Shown: positions 12,560 through 25,440, counted from the stretch's first letter. The stretch is 64,000 nucleotides of DNA from Octopus vulgaris (GCA_951406725.2 OX597830.1:73842001-73906000); one strand, 5' to 3'. Made by a program: numbers and translations. Notes: generated by a model not told the origin, from the sequence alone.

Positions 12560-13130
12560 GCCGGCATTGTGATGTCGTATCGTCACCGTTTGTGTTATCT
12601 ATGTATTAGATGCAGGTTTTTAAAAATTTTTTTAATATATTATTATATGTCATGAGACCTCCCATGCGGTGAAAGGATTTGTCTAATTTGATCTCTGTTA
12701 TGATTTGAAATAGTGGTGTTCTTTGTTGCAATATTATGAATGAAATTGGTGTTCTGTGCTGAAGTAACAAGAATGCTTCTTGAATTGTTGCTACGTGAAT
12801 GTCACGATCGATTATCATAGTTTTTAGTTCCATATTAATGTTTTTTATGCCATTTATGTATCGTAGAATTTCAAAATGTCGGTGTCAAGTATATTCTAAG
12901 CAAATTCTGTGCAAACTTGTAGTTTTTGTAAAAGCTACTGCAGCAGTATTCCGTGCCTTTATTGTTACAGTTTTTGCTGTCATCGTTATATTTTTTTCTC
13001 TCTCTTGTGTGTCTTTGTTCTGAATTTTAAATTTTTGGTGCATGTCAGCGATTGGAGGAGTATTTTGAGGACTTATAAGTCATTTACCATTATAGATGTT
13101 TTATGAACACATTTCGAGTTGAAGTATCAT
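12560..13130 (-). pseudogene. Decayed LINE APE-endonuclease N-terminus
   Basis: YINGIKN..ELK...IHVATIQE..L...TP....D...GGLMTY follows the order of the first APE motifs. Confidence 0.6.
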
Positions 13131-13315
13131 CAGAGAACGATATTCACACGTGTGGTAGAAAATATTTCAATGTGTTTTAAAAGCATCGAGGAACTAGCAA
13201 TCAAGACGTGTTACTCACCATCTTTTCCGGAAAATTATCGTATTTGATGGAAGAAAAGACACACTGGCATAATAAACGCACCCTGAGTTCAGCAGTGCAT
13301 AATCAGTGATATAGT

Positions 13316-13790
13316 TTATCTTAGCCATAATCTGTAATCTCGGATATCCCTTTCAAGAGTCCATGAGCTCTGCTTTCTTCCTACTACTACGCCATTAAAA
13401 CCAACAGAGCCTCTCTTGAAAGAACACACGAATAAAAGAATACAACAGAGTACTGGTGAGAAGGTACGAACCAGTGATCTGTTGATCAGCTTAGACTTTA
13501 TACCCAAACGAGCAGAACTATAACCAAAGGCATGCAAGCCACAATTATCCTGCCTTTTCTATTATCTAGACAACATTGTTGAACGTCGCTGTTTTTAAGA
13601 CAAGGTGTGATAACAGGAAAATTCTTTAGAGACATTCCTATTACATGGAACAACCACGTAGAAGCATCCTTCATTGGATTTATAAGTACCTTTAATATAG
13701 TGAGGACCATTCATTTGATTCAACACTTCCATCACAATAGATGCACACGCTTCCTGAATATTGCTCACAGAGAAAGTTTGCACTTACTTT
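13316..13790 (-). pseudogene. Possible decayed L1/Tx1-type post-RT segment
   Basis: Weak motifs KGRIIVAC..LVW and KLINRSL..F spread across frameshifts. Confidence 0.25.
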
Positions 13791-14327
13791 ACAAGTCAAC
13801 GGTTTAAGTTCTAAACGATTGATTTGCTAGAAATATCAGCGAAATCTGCCTCAAATCATACACTACTGTCATGAATATAAAAAGGACAAAACAAGGGCAG
13901 TGCTCTACACCCTATATCATCGCACGGCCTTTTAGAAACAGAAGCTAAACGTCGTTGAAATCACGCTTTATTAATGTCTAAAAAGCGGGATGGAGCATGA
14001 AACAATGTAGTCCTAGACACTCTGGATAAACAAGAGAGATGGCCATGGCAAGAACAACCTTTTTAACCATAAATATCCTAGATGAAGACTGATCCGAACC
14101 AAACAACAACAACAACGCTTACATTCCCACGGCTCTTGTAATAGTCAGAGATTTATTGCTTTTCTCGTTTTATTCTAGTTTCCTAAATATTATTTTCTGA
14201 AATTAATTACGTTAAGGATAACATTTCGTTTCGTTCGCACTTTAGAATCTCCTTAAACATAATAATGCTCGATCAGGGCGAACCTGATTCCAATATCCCA
14301 AACAAGGGCACTCTAAATTTAAGGATT

Positions 14328-14380
<53 letters not shown>

Positions 14381-14381
14381 C

Positions 14382-14525
14382 GAGGTCGACTTTGCCTTTC
14401 ATCCTTTTGGGGTCGATTAAATAAAGTACTAGTTTCGCGCTGGAGTCGATGTAATCGACTTAATCCGTGTGTCTGTTCTTGTTTGTCCCCTCTGTGTGTA
14501 GCCCCTTGTGGGCAGTAAAGAAATA
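14382..14525 (+). mobile_element. SINE family A, 3' half
   Basis: GAGGTCGACTTTGCC through CCTTGTGGGCAGTAAAGAAAT, flanked by microsatellites. Confidence 0.85.
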
Positions 14526-14536
14526 TATATATATAT

Positions 14537-14659
<123 letters not shown>

Positions 14660-14786
14660 CGAATATATAATGGTGACTAAATGTGACTAAGAGAGCCGAA
14701 GCACCTACATTGCTAGAAATAAGACTTAACTCTTAATGCTCTAAGAAGACAGTAGTATATATACAATGACAGGGAAGGTAACCGTC

Positions 14787-14873
14787 CCATGACCGTGTCT
14801 AGAATCACTAGACTAGAATAGTTTCGCCTATTTTGTAAGCATCATCAGTAGTGACTATTCAAACGGTCAATGG
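14787..14873 (-). ncRNA. Type I hammerhead ribozyme
   Basis: UCACUA-CUGAUGA-U-GCUUA(CAAAA)UAGGC-GAAA-CUA(UUC)UAG-UC/UAGUGA; stems I, II and III all pair and stem I extends through bulges. Confidence 0.85.
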
Positions 14874-15130
14874 TTTGGTTAGTTCATCTGCCAGTATATA
14901 TATTTTTATCATAAAAATTTATGGCTGATTTAGCGAAATGTTAATGCGTATGGTAAGAATTAATATAAAAGGCTAGGCGGCGCGATATAATACCTAAAGG
15001 GAAAATTTCATCGCCACTAAATTTGATGCAGAATCTCGAAACACTTACATAGCTAGAAATAAGATTTTAAAATTCTCAATACTGTAAGAAGTGCGCAATA
15101 TATATGTGTGAGTGTGGGCGTGTGTGTGTT

Positions 15131-15177
<47 letters not shown>

Positions 15178-15229
15178 GTGTATGTGTGTATATATATGTG
15201 TATATACATGTAAATATATATATATATAC

Positions 15230-15448
15230 TCTTTTTACTCTCTTTTACTCTTTTACTTGTTTCAGTCATTTAACTGCGGCCACGCTGGAGCACCGCCTTT
15301 AGTCGAGCAAATCGACCCCGGGACTTATTCTTTGTAAGCCTAGTACTTATTCTATCGGTCTCTTTTGCCGAACCGCTAGGTGATGGGGACGTAAACACAC
15401 CAGCATCGGTTGTCAAGCAATGCTAGGGGGACAAACACACACACACAA

Positions 15449-15517
<69 letters not shown>

Positions 15518-15683
15518 TACGACAGGCTTCTTTCAGTTTCCGTCTACCAAATCCACTCACAAGGCATTGGTCGACCCGGGGCTATAGCAGAAGACAGTTG
15601 CCCAAGATGCCACGTAGTGGAACTGGACCCGGAACATGTGGTTGGTTAGCAAGCTACTTACCACACAGCCACTCCTGCGCCTA
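15230..15683 (-). mobile_element. Full-length SINE family C with internal (TA)/(TG) microsatellite
   Basis: Head AGGCGCAGGAGTGGCTGTGTGG, CORE-like CTTGGGCAA segment, (TAAAAGAG)n tail. Confidence 0.9.
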
Positions 15684-15736
15684 TGTATGTGTGTATGTAT
15701 GTATGTATGTATGTATGTATGTATGTATGTATGTAT

Positions 15737-16128
15737 AGGCGCAGGTGTGACTGTGTGGTAAAAAGCTTACTTCCCAACCACATGGTTCCAGGCTCACTCC
15801 CACTGCGTGGAACTTTGGGCAAGTATCGTCTACTATAGCAACGGGCCGACCAAAGCCTTGTGAGTGTATCTGTTAGACAGAAACTGGAAGGACCCTTTGT
15901 TTGTTTGTTTGTTTGTTTGCGTGTGTGTGCGTGCGTTTTTGCTTTCCCTCTTCACCACTTGTGGAGAGGCGAGAGTGCATTTACCTCCCTGTGACTTAGC
16001 GGGGCAAAACTGATTCATAGAATAAATACCAGACTTTAAGAAATTAGTGGGGGTCGATTCGTGCGGCTCAAAAGGATTTAAGGCCGTGCCACCGCATAGC
16101 CGTCATTTAACACTGAGATAAGTCAAAA
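15737..16128 (+). mobile_element. Diverged SINE family C, head-to-head with the previous copy
   Basis: AGGCGCAGGTGTGACTGTGTGG head and degenerate tail. Confidence 0.8.
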
Positions 16129-16669
16129 TTACACACACACACACACACACACATATATTACAACTCCCTGTCTGTAATGAGTTACGTTACAGACAAAATA
16201 GACTTGGTTTTGGTTTCGCTTTACTTGTGTCCACTTCAGAATCTCCTTTAAAATAATTCTGTAACCTAAGTAGGAAATAATGGAATTTTGATTGTCTTCA
16301 AGGGTAGAGTTTAACACGTTCTTCTAAACTGAAAACAGACGACGGAAGGAGTCAAGCAGACAAGCAGAAAGCGAAAAATGAAAGCAAGCACTTGTAAATT
16401 CTTGGAATAATATTCTTGAGTTTCACACGTAATGTAGATTTGAGGGTTAAGAGACAAACTCATAGAGACAAACAATTGAGAGAAGAGGTTGGATTGCGAT
16501 AGGTGGGGAGAAGTGTGTATATAAAGAATCAATAAAAATAAGTAGAAAAAGAGCAGATATAGCAAAGAAATAGATTAATGAGAACGTCAATTATAATCAA
16601 AGGCAGCCGTGTTGGGAATTCCAATATGGCTGTATCTCCGTCAGCCGCTTTACCTCTATATTTATGTGT

Positions 16670-16882
16670 ATGTATACATGTATATATGTGTATGTATGTA
16701 TGTATGCATGTATGTATGTATGTATGTATATATGTATGTATGTGTATATATACTTTCCACCACTCTTTCATTCTTTCATCTTAATTTCTCTACCGTGCTC
16801 TCTCGCTTCTACTCTCTGTCTCCTACTCTCTCTCACTCTCTCCCCCTCCATCACTTCCTCCCTCCACCTCCACCTCCCTCCG

Positions 16883-16924
<42 letters not shown>

Positions 16925-17286
16925 ATTTAATCTCCTTCCTTTCTACTACTTCTTTCTTCAAGTTTTCTCAATCACTTTCTCACCATTTCTCTACATCCCT
17001 CTCTCTCTCTCTCTCTCTCTCCCCTTCTTTCTCCCTCTCACACTTTTTCTCCTTCTCTCTCTCTCCCTCGCACTCTTTCTCTCCCTCTTCCTCCTTCTTT
17101 CTCTGTCTCTCTCTGTCTCTGTCTCTCTCTCTCTGTCTCTCTCTCTCTCCTTGTCTTTCTCTCTTACCTACTTTTCTATTACTGCTTCTCTTTTCGATAT
17201 CTCGCTCTCCGTTTGGCACCTTCGCAGTACCTTTGCCTGTCCTTCAATTTAAAAGCCTATCTATCTCTCCCCCCTCTCTCTCTATC

Positions 17287-17317
<31 letters not shown>

Positions 17318-17526
17318 CTTTTTCTCTTTTTTTCTTTTCTTTTTTTTTGTTCTTTTTTCCCTTTTACGATCCCCTTTGATCGAAAACCTACACCACATTT
17401 CTTTTTTTTTGTTTCTTTTGTTTTTTTTCATCCCCCAAAAGAAAAGCTCTAGCTTGTAACTTGTCCCATCTGTGTGCAGCCCTGTGTGGCCAATAAAGAA
17501 ACTTATCTATCTATCTACCTACCTAC

Positions 17527-17560
<34 letters not shown>
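16670..17560. repeat. Compound (TATG)/(CT)/(TATC) simple repeats and polypyrimidine tract
   Basis: Directly visible. Confidence 0.9.
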
Positions 17561-17564
<4 letters not shown>

Positions 17565-17984
17565 CCCTTCTCACTGATCATTCCTGAATTCATACTGTGT
17601 ATGTGTAAACCTCAAAAAATCTCACTCGATCCCAACGAATCCTTCGATTTCTTTCCTTTCTTTCTTTACCCAATTTCTTTCCTTCTAACAAAAAATACGT
17701 CCATCATTTTTCATTCTTTCTTTGTGAAACAACTTCTTAACATCTTACACTCTCTCTCTCTCTTTTCTCTCTCTTTCATACTCCACTCTCTTCATAGCCC
17801 TCTCTCTCTCTCTCTCTCTCAACCATTTAAAGAAATTATTTACTTTTAGAGATATCATTTTACTTTTATTTATTTATTTGTTTGTCTGCTTGTATGTTTG
17901 TTTATGCGAAATTTTCTTCTTGACCACCCTCACCGTCTACACTAACAAACTCACCAATCCCAACGTAATTCCCACCAGGGCCAT

Positions 17985-18640
17985 CACTACTACCAATACC
18001 TCCACCACTATCTCCTCTACCATTCTTCTTACTTCCATCACTACTACCACCGCCACCCGCAACCACAACATCGACCACTACAACTACCACCACTAAAACC
18101 ACTACCACCACCACCACCGACAGCAACACGACAACAACCAGCAGTAGCCCCACCGTGAAAACCACCACTACCACAACTACATGAACCACCACCACCACCA
18201 CAACCCTTACCACTACTACAACCGCCACCATTACCGTAACTACTGCCACCACCACCATAACCACCGCGACAACCATTACCACTACTACAACTGTCACCAC
18301 CACCACCACCATAACTACCACCACCACCATCACCCACCACACCACCACCACCACCACCACCACAACCACCACCACCACCACAACCCTTACCACTACTACA
18401 ACCGCCACCATTACCGTAACTACTGCCACCACCACCATAACCACCGCGACAACCATTACCACTACTACAACTGTCACCACCACCACCACCATAACTACCA
18501 CCACCACCATCACCCACCACAACCACCACCACCACAACCACCACTACCACCACCATAACCAACAACAACACCAACGCCACTACCGCCACCACCACCACTA
18601 TACAACTAACCCCATACTACCACCACCATACCACCACCTC
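17985..18640. repeat. (CAC/TAC/AAC)n cryptic trinucleotide repeat containing a 180-bp tandem duplication
   Basis: 18184-18340 recurs at 18364-18520. Confidence 0.9.
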
Positions 18641-18903
18641 TGCGAACCTTTCTACCGTGTATCTCCTAACGCTCTCCATTTCCCAGCGCCACTAGAGCCC
18701 GCCACCTATCATGTTTTCAGGTTGTTTATGAGAGAAAAATAAAGATCTTACTTGGTACAGTGTAAAAACAAACCGTAACCACTTGAATTCTCCCTAACGC
18801 CCGGATACTCCATCTGACTTAACAATGTTAAGAGGCCTCTAATTTATGGCCAGTGTCTTGTGTTGGAAGTAGAGGGGGGTATCTTTGGAAAGTCAGAGCG
18901 AGT

Positions 18904-18959
<56 letters not shown>

Positions 18960-19127
18960 AGGAGGGAGAGAGATGGAGAAGAGAGTGGGTGAAAGTCGAT
19001 AGCAAAGGAATGAGAAGTATGAAGAATGTTGAACACGCATGCGCTCGCGCACAGTTTATGCGAGTAAGTGTATGAATATGTATGGAAAAGTGTATGCCTG
19101 TGTCTATCTATCTATATATCTGTATAT

Positions 19128-19176
<49 letters not shown>

Positions 19177-19331
19177 GTCTGTCTATCTATTTATCAATCT
19201 ATATATCTATCTATCAATTTATATATGTGTGTGTGTGTATGTACGTTTATATGCATCTATGTATTTATGTAAACACACACATACAGACACAGATATATAT
19301 GTATCCATATATATATATATATATATATATA

Positions 19332-19563
19332 TAGGCGTGGGCATGGCTGTGTAGGAAGAAGCTTGCTTCAAAACCACATGGACCCGGGATCAATCCTACT
19401 GCGTGGCACCTTGGTCATGTGTCCGCTGCTAAAGCCTTGAGCCGACCAAAGCTTTGTCAGTGAATTTGGTAAACGGAAACTCCTTCTTTCCTGAGCGTCC
19501 AATAATACTATACTTGTTCCACGTCCTCGTGTTGTTGTGTTTTCTTTTTGTGTTTTCATGTTT

Positions 19564-19613
<50 letters not shown>

Positions 19614-19740
19614 ATGTCCGTGTGTGTGTGTTTATGTTGTCTTCCACCACTGTTCGACAACCAGTCTTGGTGTGCTCACGTCTCCGCAACATAGCAGTTC
19701 GGCAAAAGAGACCAGTGGAATGACTACCAGTCGTTAAAAT
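19332..19740 (+). mobile_element. SINE family C interrupted by a pLTR-like fragment (~19480-19570)
   Basis: Head at 19332; CTTTCCTGAGCGTCCAATAATACT segment matches 50770-50795 (-). Confidence 0.65.
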
Positions 19741-19745
19741 TTAAG

Positions 19746-19773
19746 ATAGATAGATAGATAGATAGATAGATAT

Positions 19774-19804
<31 letters not shown>

Positions 19805-19841
19805 CATACATAGATAGATAGATAGATAGATATATATATAT

Positions 19842-19935
<94 letters not shown>
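19746..19935. repeat. (GATA)n microsatellite
   Basis: Directly visible. Confidence 0.95.
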
Positions 19936-19936
<1 letters not shown>

Positions 19937-20044
19937 TGGGAGATGAGTTCAGCAAAAATTTAGATTCAGATGAATATGGTACTTAAGTTGAGGCACCAGA
20001 ATTTAGTATGTTATTATTCATACAAATTCAAAGTAAGGTGTTTA

Positions 20045-21707
20045 AATCAAAATAGGCAACAAGAATATCCAGAGATAATGCAGTACGATTGTTTCATGCA
20101 ACTCCATTTAATTGAACAATGCAATCATTTCATCAATCTAAAATGCAGAGAAGTCTTCAGCTGCACAAAGACACAGACTTTAATCAAATTAGAACAGATG
20201 AACACATTCTTTGTCTATCTCCTTAAATTATTGGAGATTTTAGGTACGAGGGGCGTTCAATAAGTAATGCCCCTGACCCACTTCCCATAGCAGTAGAGCA
20301 ACGAAACTTGGCACAGTTATTAGTCTTTTTCTACATAGGAACCACCCAGAGTTACGCATTTCTCCCATTGTTTGATGCAGCTCTGGAGACCGTTTTTGTA
20401 GAAGACCCCAGCTTGGTCCTCCAACCACGACGTGACTTCAGAAATCAAGGCTGCATCATCTGGGAAACGCTTTCCTTTCAAAAACAACTTCATGACTGGG
20501 AAGAGGTGAAAATCAGAGGGTGCAAGGTCAGGAAAGTAGGGGGATGGGGAGGAGTTCATAGCCATACGCCTGTGCTTCTGATCTGGCGACAAGCGAGTTG
20601 TGGACCGGAGCGTTGTCCTGCAGGAGGAGGATGCCTTTGCTGATCATTGCCCCGCCTCTTGATTTTGATAACTTCTCTTAATTTCCTCAAAAGTGAAACA
20701 TGATAAGCTCCTGCAATTGTGGTACCCTTTGCCAGGAAATCTGTCATCCCTACTCCGTCCTGGTCCCAGAAGACTGTGAGCATGACCTTGCCAGCGGAGG
20801 GCTGCACCCTTGCCTTCTTTGGAGGGGTGAGTCACGGTGCTTCCACTGCATTGACTGGGCTTTGGTCTCTGGATCATCGTGATTGACCCAGGTTTCATCC
20901 TGTGTAATCAGTCTTTTGAAAAATTTTGACTCATCTTCTTGGCACATCTCCAAATTCACCCTCGAGCACTCGACGCGTTCTTGCTTCTGGAAAGGCGTGA
21001 GCAACCTGGGAATCCATCTGGCAGACACCTTTTGCATATGCAAATGGTCATGAATGATAGTTTCCACAGATCCGGTACTAATCTTGACCTCATGGGCTAT
21101 TTGGCGAATAATTATGCGTCGATCTTCCAAAATGGCAGCCTCAACTTGACGAACAGATGCCTCATCAATGGCAGAAGGGGCGACCAGATCTGGTAGCTGT
21201 TTCCACAGAGTTCCGACCATGTTTGAATTCACGATGCCAGCGTTTTACAAGGTCATATGATGGGGCATCATCACCATAAGTTACTTTCATTTCATCAAAA
21301 GTCTCCCGTGGTGTGCGTCCTTTCAAATACAAAAACCGGATCACTGCTCGACACTCAACAGGGTCCATTTCACACTTGACTCGGTTCAAACACCTGTAAA
21401 TCAGAAACCACAATTAGTTCAGAGCTGTAATTCGCCACTTAATCTATAGAGGTATAAATAATTGCACATACAAAATTTCTAGATCAAACAACTGCAAGTG
21501 GGTCAGAGGCATTACTTATTGAACGTCCCTCGTATAATTATACTAATGCGTCCATCTTTTCTAAGTTAATTAGATTCTATGTCTTTGTGCAGCTGAAGAT
21601 TGCTCTGCATTTTAAATTGATGTAATGATTCAATTGTTCAATTAAATGGAGTTGCACGAAACGATCGTACAGCAATACCTCTGGATATCCTTGTTGCTTA
21701 TTTTGAT

Positions 21708-21708
<1 letters not shown>
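20045..21708. repeat. 164-bp inverted repeat arms (20045-20208 and 21545-21708), each with a hammerhead-like motif, enclosing a mariner
   Basis: Arms align as reverse complements; CUGAAGA...GAAACGAUCGUA in the right arm. Confidence 0.8.
20247..21532 (-). mobile_element. Full-length mariner transposon with frameshifted transposase
   Basis: TIRs CGAGGG(G/A)CGTTCAATAAGTAATGCC, TA TSD, 1286 bp; ORF pieces carry the HTH, WIPRLL, TQDETWV, GKVMLTVFWD and PDLAPSDFHLF motifs. Confidence 0.95.
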
Positions 21709-21741
<33 letters not shown>

Positions 21742-22269
21742 TAGGCGTGTGGAGTGCATGGTGGAGCGTTATGATGTAATACTGCCACCAGTTTTGTATC
21801 CACAAACTTCAAGTCTTACTTATCTCCACGCTTTTTCTTTTTTGAGAACTATTTTTCTATACAATTTAAAGAGAATCAGAGCCTAAAGACTGTGAGTGCG
21901 GAAACGGTGGTAACGTATATTATAAGTTCAGACGTGCTGCTTTTCGTATTTATCTTATTTTAAATATATTGTTTTATATATTTTTTTGCCATATACTTTC
22001 GATGTCTTAATTAAGAGGCACTCTTGTAGAAAGAATGAGAAAGATATGTTGCTAATGAGAGAGAGACGATGGGTATTATGGAGATTAAGGGAGAGAGGTA
22101 GAGATACAGAGGTTGAGTGGAAGCATGTTTAAGTAATTGAGCGTGAAAGAGAAACTGTGAAGATTAGAATATGCATGATTATGAAGCTATCTTGAAAATT
22201 TGAACGCATCACTTAGTGTACGTGTATGTGTGTATGTATATACACAAGTGTATACACACACACAAACAA

Positions 22270-22325
<56 letters not shown>

Positions 22326-22621
22326 GAACATATGAATATATATTATCTTATATACGTACACAAATATCTACGTGTATGTATCATGCGTTGGTGTATGTGT
22401 GCCTGTATGTACACGTACACGCACGCACACATGCATACACAAACGCGAGCGCACACGCACACGCACATACACACATGTACATACAGTACACACACATGTA
22501 TATAAGCTTAATACATATATATATATACATACACACTCATATATACATATAAATACATATTCAAACATGCAAATATACATACACATGCATACACACAGTC
22601 AAGAAAATGAGAATGGGAGTG

Positions 22622-22656
<35 letters not shown>

Positions 22657-22705
22657 AGAAAGACAGATAGGCTGAGAGAAAGAAAGATAGAAACTAAGAA
22701 AGAAA

Positions 22706-22990
22706 GGCGGCGAGCTGGTAGAAACGTTAGCACGCCGGGTGAAATGCTTAGCGGTATTTCGCCTGCCGTTACGTTGTGAGTTCAAATTCCGCCGAGGTCG
22801 ACTTTGCCTTTCATCCTTTCGGGGTCGATAAATTAAGTACCAGTTAAGCACTGGGGTCGACTTAATCCGTTTGTCTGTCCTTGTTTGCCCCGTCTGTGTT
22901 TAGCCCCTTGTAGGTAGAAAAGAAATAGGTATTTCCTCTGCCGCTACGTTCTGAGCTTAGCCTCTATGTTTAGCCCCTTGTGGGCAATAA
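22706..22990 (+). mobile_element. SINE family A, full copy plus partial tandem unit
   Basis: GGCGGCGAGCTGG head; junction AGAAATAG|GTATTTC at ~22928; flanking AGAAACTAAGAAAGAAAG present on both sides. Confidence 0.9.
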
Positions 22991-23004
22991 AGATAAAAGA
23001 AACT

Positions 23005-23068
<64 letters not shown>

Positions 23069-23220
23069 GAGAAAAACCAACAAACAAACAAACAAATTAA
23101 GGGACGAAGAACGTTTTTGTCTGTGTTAAGGTGATGGTTGAATACAATGAGAGCGAAATAAGGTGTTTTGGGAGTTAAAAGGAAGAAGTATCTTCAGAAA
23201 GAGCTCGAGCGAGCGAGCGG

Positions 23221-23276
<56 letters not shown>

Positions 23277-23559
23277 TAGACAGACAAGCAGAGAGTGAGA
23301 CTGAGAGAGAGAGAGAGAGAGAGATAGAGGGAGAGGTAGAGTGAAATGAAGCAAACAGACAAGAAATAGTCAAACTTGAGCAACAAATGTTGGCAAGAAA
23401 GCAAAGCTGGGGAAAAAAAAAGAGGTGGGAAATAAGGAAGGCAGGAAGGGCAATAAACACGGCGTTATATGATAGGCTTAAAACACTTAGTGGCTTTATT
23501 TACAAGTAATTAAGATGTGTTTGACTGTTTACAATTTTAAGATATTTTCAAGACATGGC

Positions 23560-24340
23560 TTGTTAAGCTCGCAGAAATCATTCGGATTCCATTCCCAAGT
23601 TCTTTTCATCTATATTTCTTTCCTTCTACTAATCATTGCTTTATTCGTTTTTGTACATCTTTGCTTTCGTATTTATTCTTTTCTTTCTTTCTTTTATTTA
23701 TTACTATTTTTGGGGGGTGGGGGTGTGTTCGTTTATATTACTTTCTCATTCGCGTTCTTCTTGTAACGATTCGTTATTTTTTCTTCATTTATTTTATTGA
23801 GTTATTCCTTTCTTTTAATCTCCTTCCTCGCAATTATTCTTTCTTTCCTTCTTTTCTTCATTTTTCATTTTCTTCCTTCTTCGTTTCATTCATTCAGACA
23901 TTCTCTTCTTTTGCTTCAGATTTCTTTTCTTTCTCGCTCAAGTCCTTCCTTCCATACTTTCTTTTTTTGCTCTCTTTTTCCTTCCATCTTCCTTTTCCTT
24001 TTGTTCCTTCTTTCTTGTCGTCCTCATTTCATTCCTTCCTTATATTCTTTCTATCTTTCTTTCCGTCGTTCTTCCTTTCCTTCAGTATTCTTCCTTGCAT
24101 TCGTTCTATCTTACTTTCTGCTTTGGTTTTCCTTCATTCGTTGTTCTTTCTTTCATTTCTTTCTAATGTCATACTTCCCTTCATTCTCTCTCAAATTCTT
24201 TATTCTCATTCTTCTTTCTTTCCTACCTTTTTCTTGCTTTCTGATTCTTATTCGTGTCTTTTTATTAATTTTCTTTCTTTCCTGTTTCAATTAATTGTCT
24301 GTATTCTATTTTTTGATTTTGTGTTATTGTAATTATCATT

Positions 24341-24396
<56 letters not shown>

Positions 24397-24403
24397 TATT
24401 ATT

Positions 24404-24430
<27 letters not shown>
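23560..24430. repeat. T/C-rich low-complexity tract ending in (CAT)n(TAT)n
   Basis: Directly visible. Confidence 0.8.
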
Positions 24431-24431
<1 letters not shown>

Positions 24432-24434
<3 letters not shown>

Positions 24435-25010
24435 GCTTACATACTATATTAGTAAGCAGGGATATTGCCTTGAGGTTTGGTGACAACAAGTCTTCTCGAA
24501 TCTCAAGTATCTTTCTTAGGACTTTTGCAGAAAAGAGAAATGCATTTTTCAACAATCCGGGTCTCAATTCCAATACCCTTATGCCGCTTAGAGGCAGTTT
24601 GATTGGACCAATTACCACAAGAATGATTGTCAAATTAGTCCCCTACAATCTTTTCGTTTCTTCGGTTAGGTGCTAATATTACTTAACTTCCTCAATTTCC
24701 ACGCCATTCATTTATTATCATGTGGCGTTGCACAGACTAAGATCTTTACCCTGGTGTTCTTTTGTCCTCTATAATCATATCTGGTCTCTTTGCTTCTATA
24801 GTACACTTTTTGTGCAGAACCTCCATAAAATTATGTAATTCTTATTCCTCTGGTCTATGTTCACAACCTTATTATCTGCTACTTTGAATCTACACACTCC
24901 GTTAACATCTCAATGCACTCATTTATCTACAGTCAAGCCTAATTTACTGCATTCACTCAAGAGATGGCTAATACTTTCGTCTCCTTTACCACAGATTCTG
25001 CCTTCGCTCC
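24432..25010 (-). mobile_element. Decayed 3' end of an R4/Dong-like retrotransposon (restriction-like endonuclease)
   Basis: RPDMIIEDK..ATPHD..EETKRL..IILVVIG..LLKNAFLFSAKVLRKIL, ending at an (ATA)n tract. Confidence 0.65.
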
Positions 25011-25034
25011 CTGTCAGAGTTTTATCAATCTTTA

Positions 25035-25246
25035 CCTTTACTCTTTACTCTTTTACTTGTTTCAGTCATTTGACTGTGACCATGCTGGAGCACCGCCTTT
25101 AGTCGAGTAAATCGACGCCAGGACTTATTCTTTATGAGCCTAGTACTTATTCTATCGGTCTTTTGCCGAACCGCTAAGTTACGGGGACGTAAACACACCA
25201 TCATCGGTTGTCAAGCGATGTTGGCGGGACAAACACAGACCTACAA

Positions 25247-25303
<57 letters not shown>

Positions 25304-25440
25304 AACATATCTATATATATTCATAAAAACGACGGGTTTCCTTCAGTTTTCCGTCTCCCAAATCTACTCACACGACTTTGGTCGGCCCGAGGCTATAGTA
25401 GAAGACACTTGCCCAAGGTGCCACGCTGTGGGACTGAACA
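25035..25440 (-). mobile_element. SINE family C, head truncated
   Basis: Colinear with the 15230 copy. Confidence 0.85.

Noticed and set aside
17902-18598. His-rich, Gly-rich and Val-rich ORFs
   Set aside because: Open in several frames on both strands because (CAC)n lacks stops; no support for a gene
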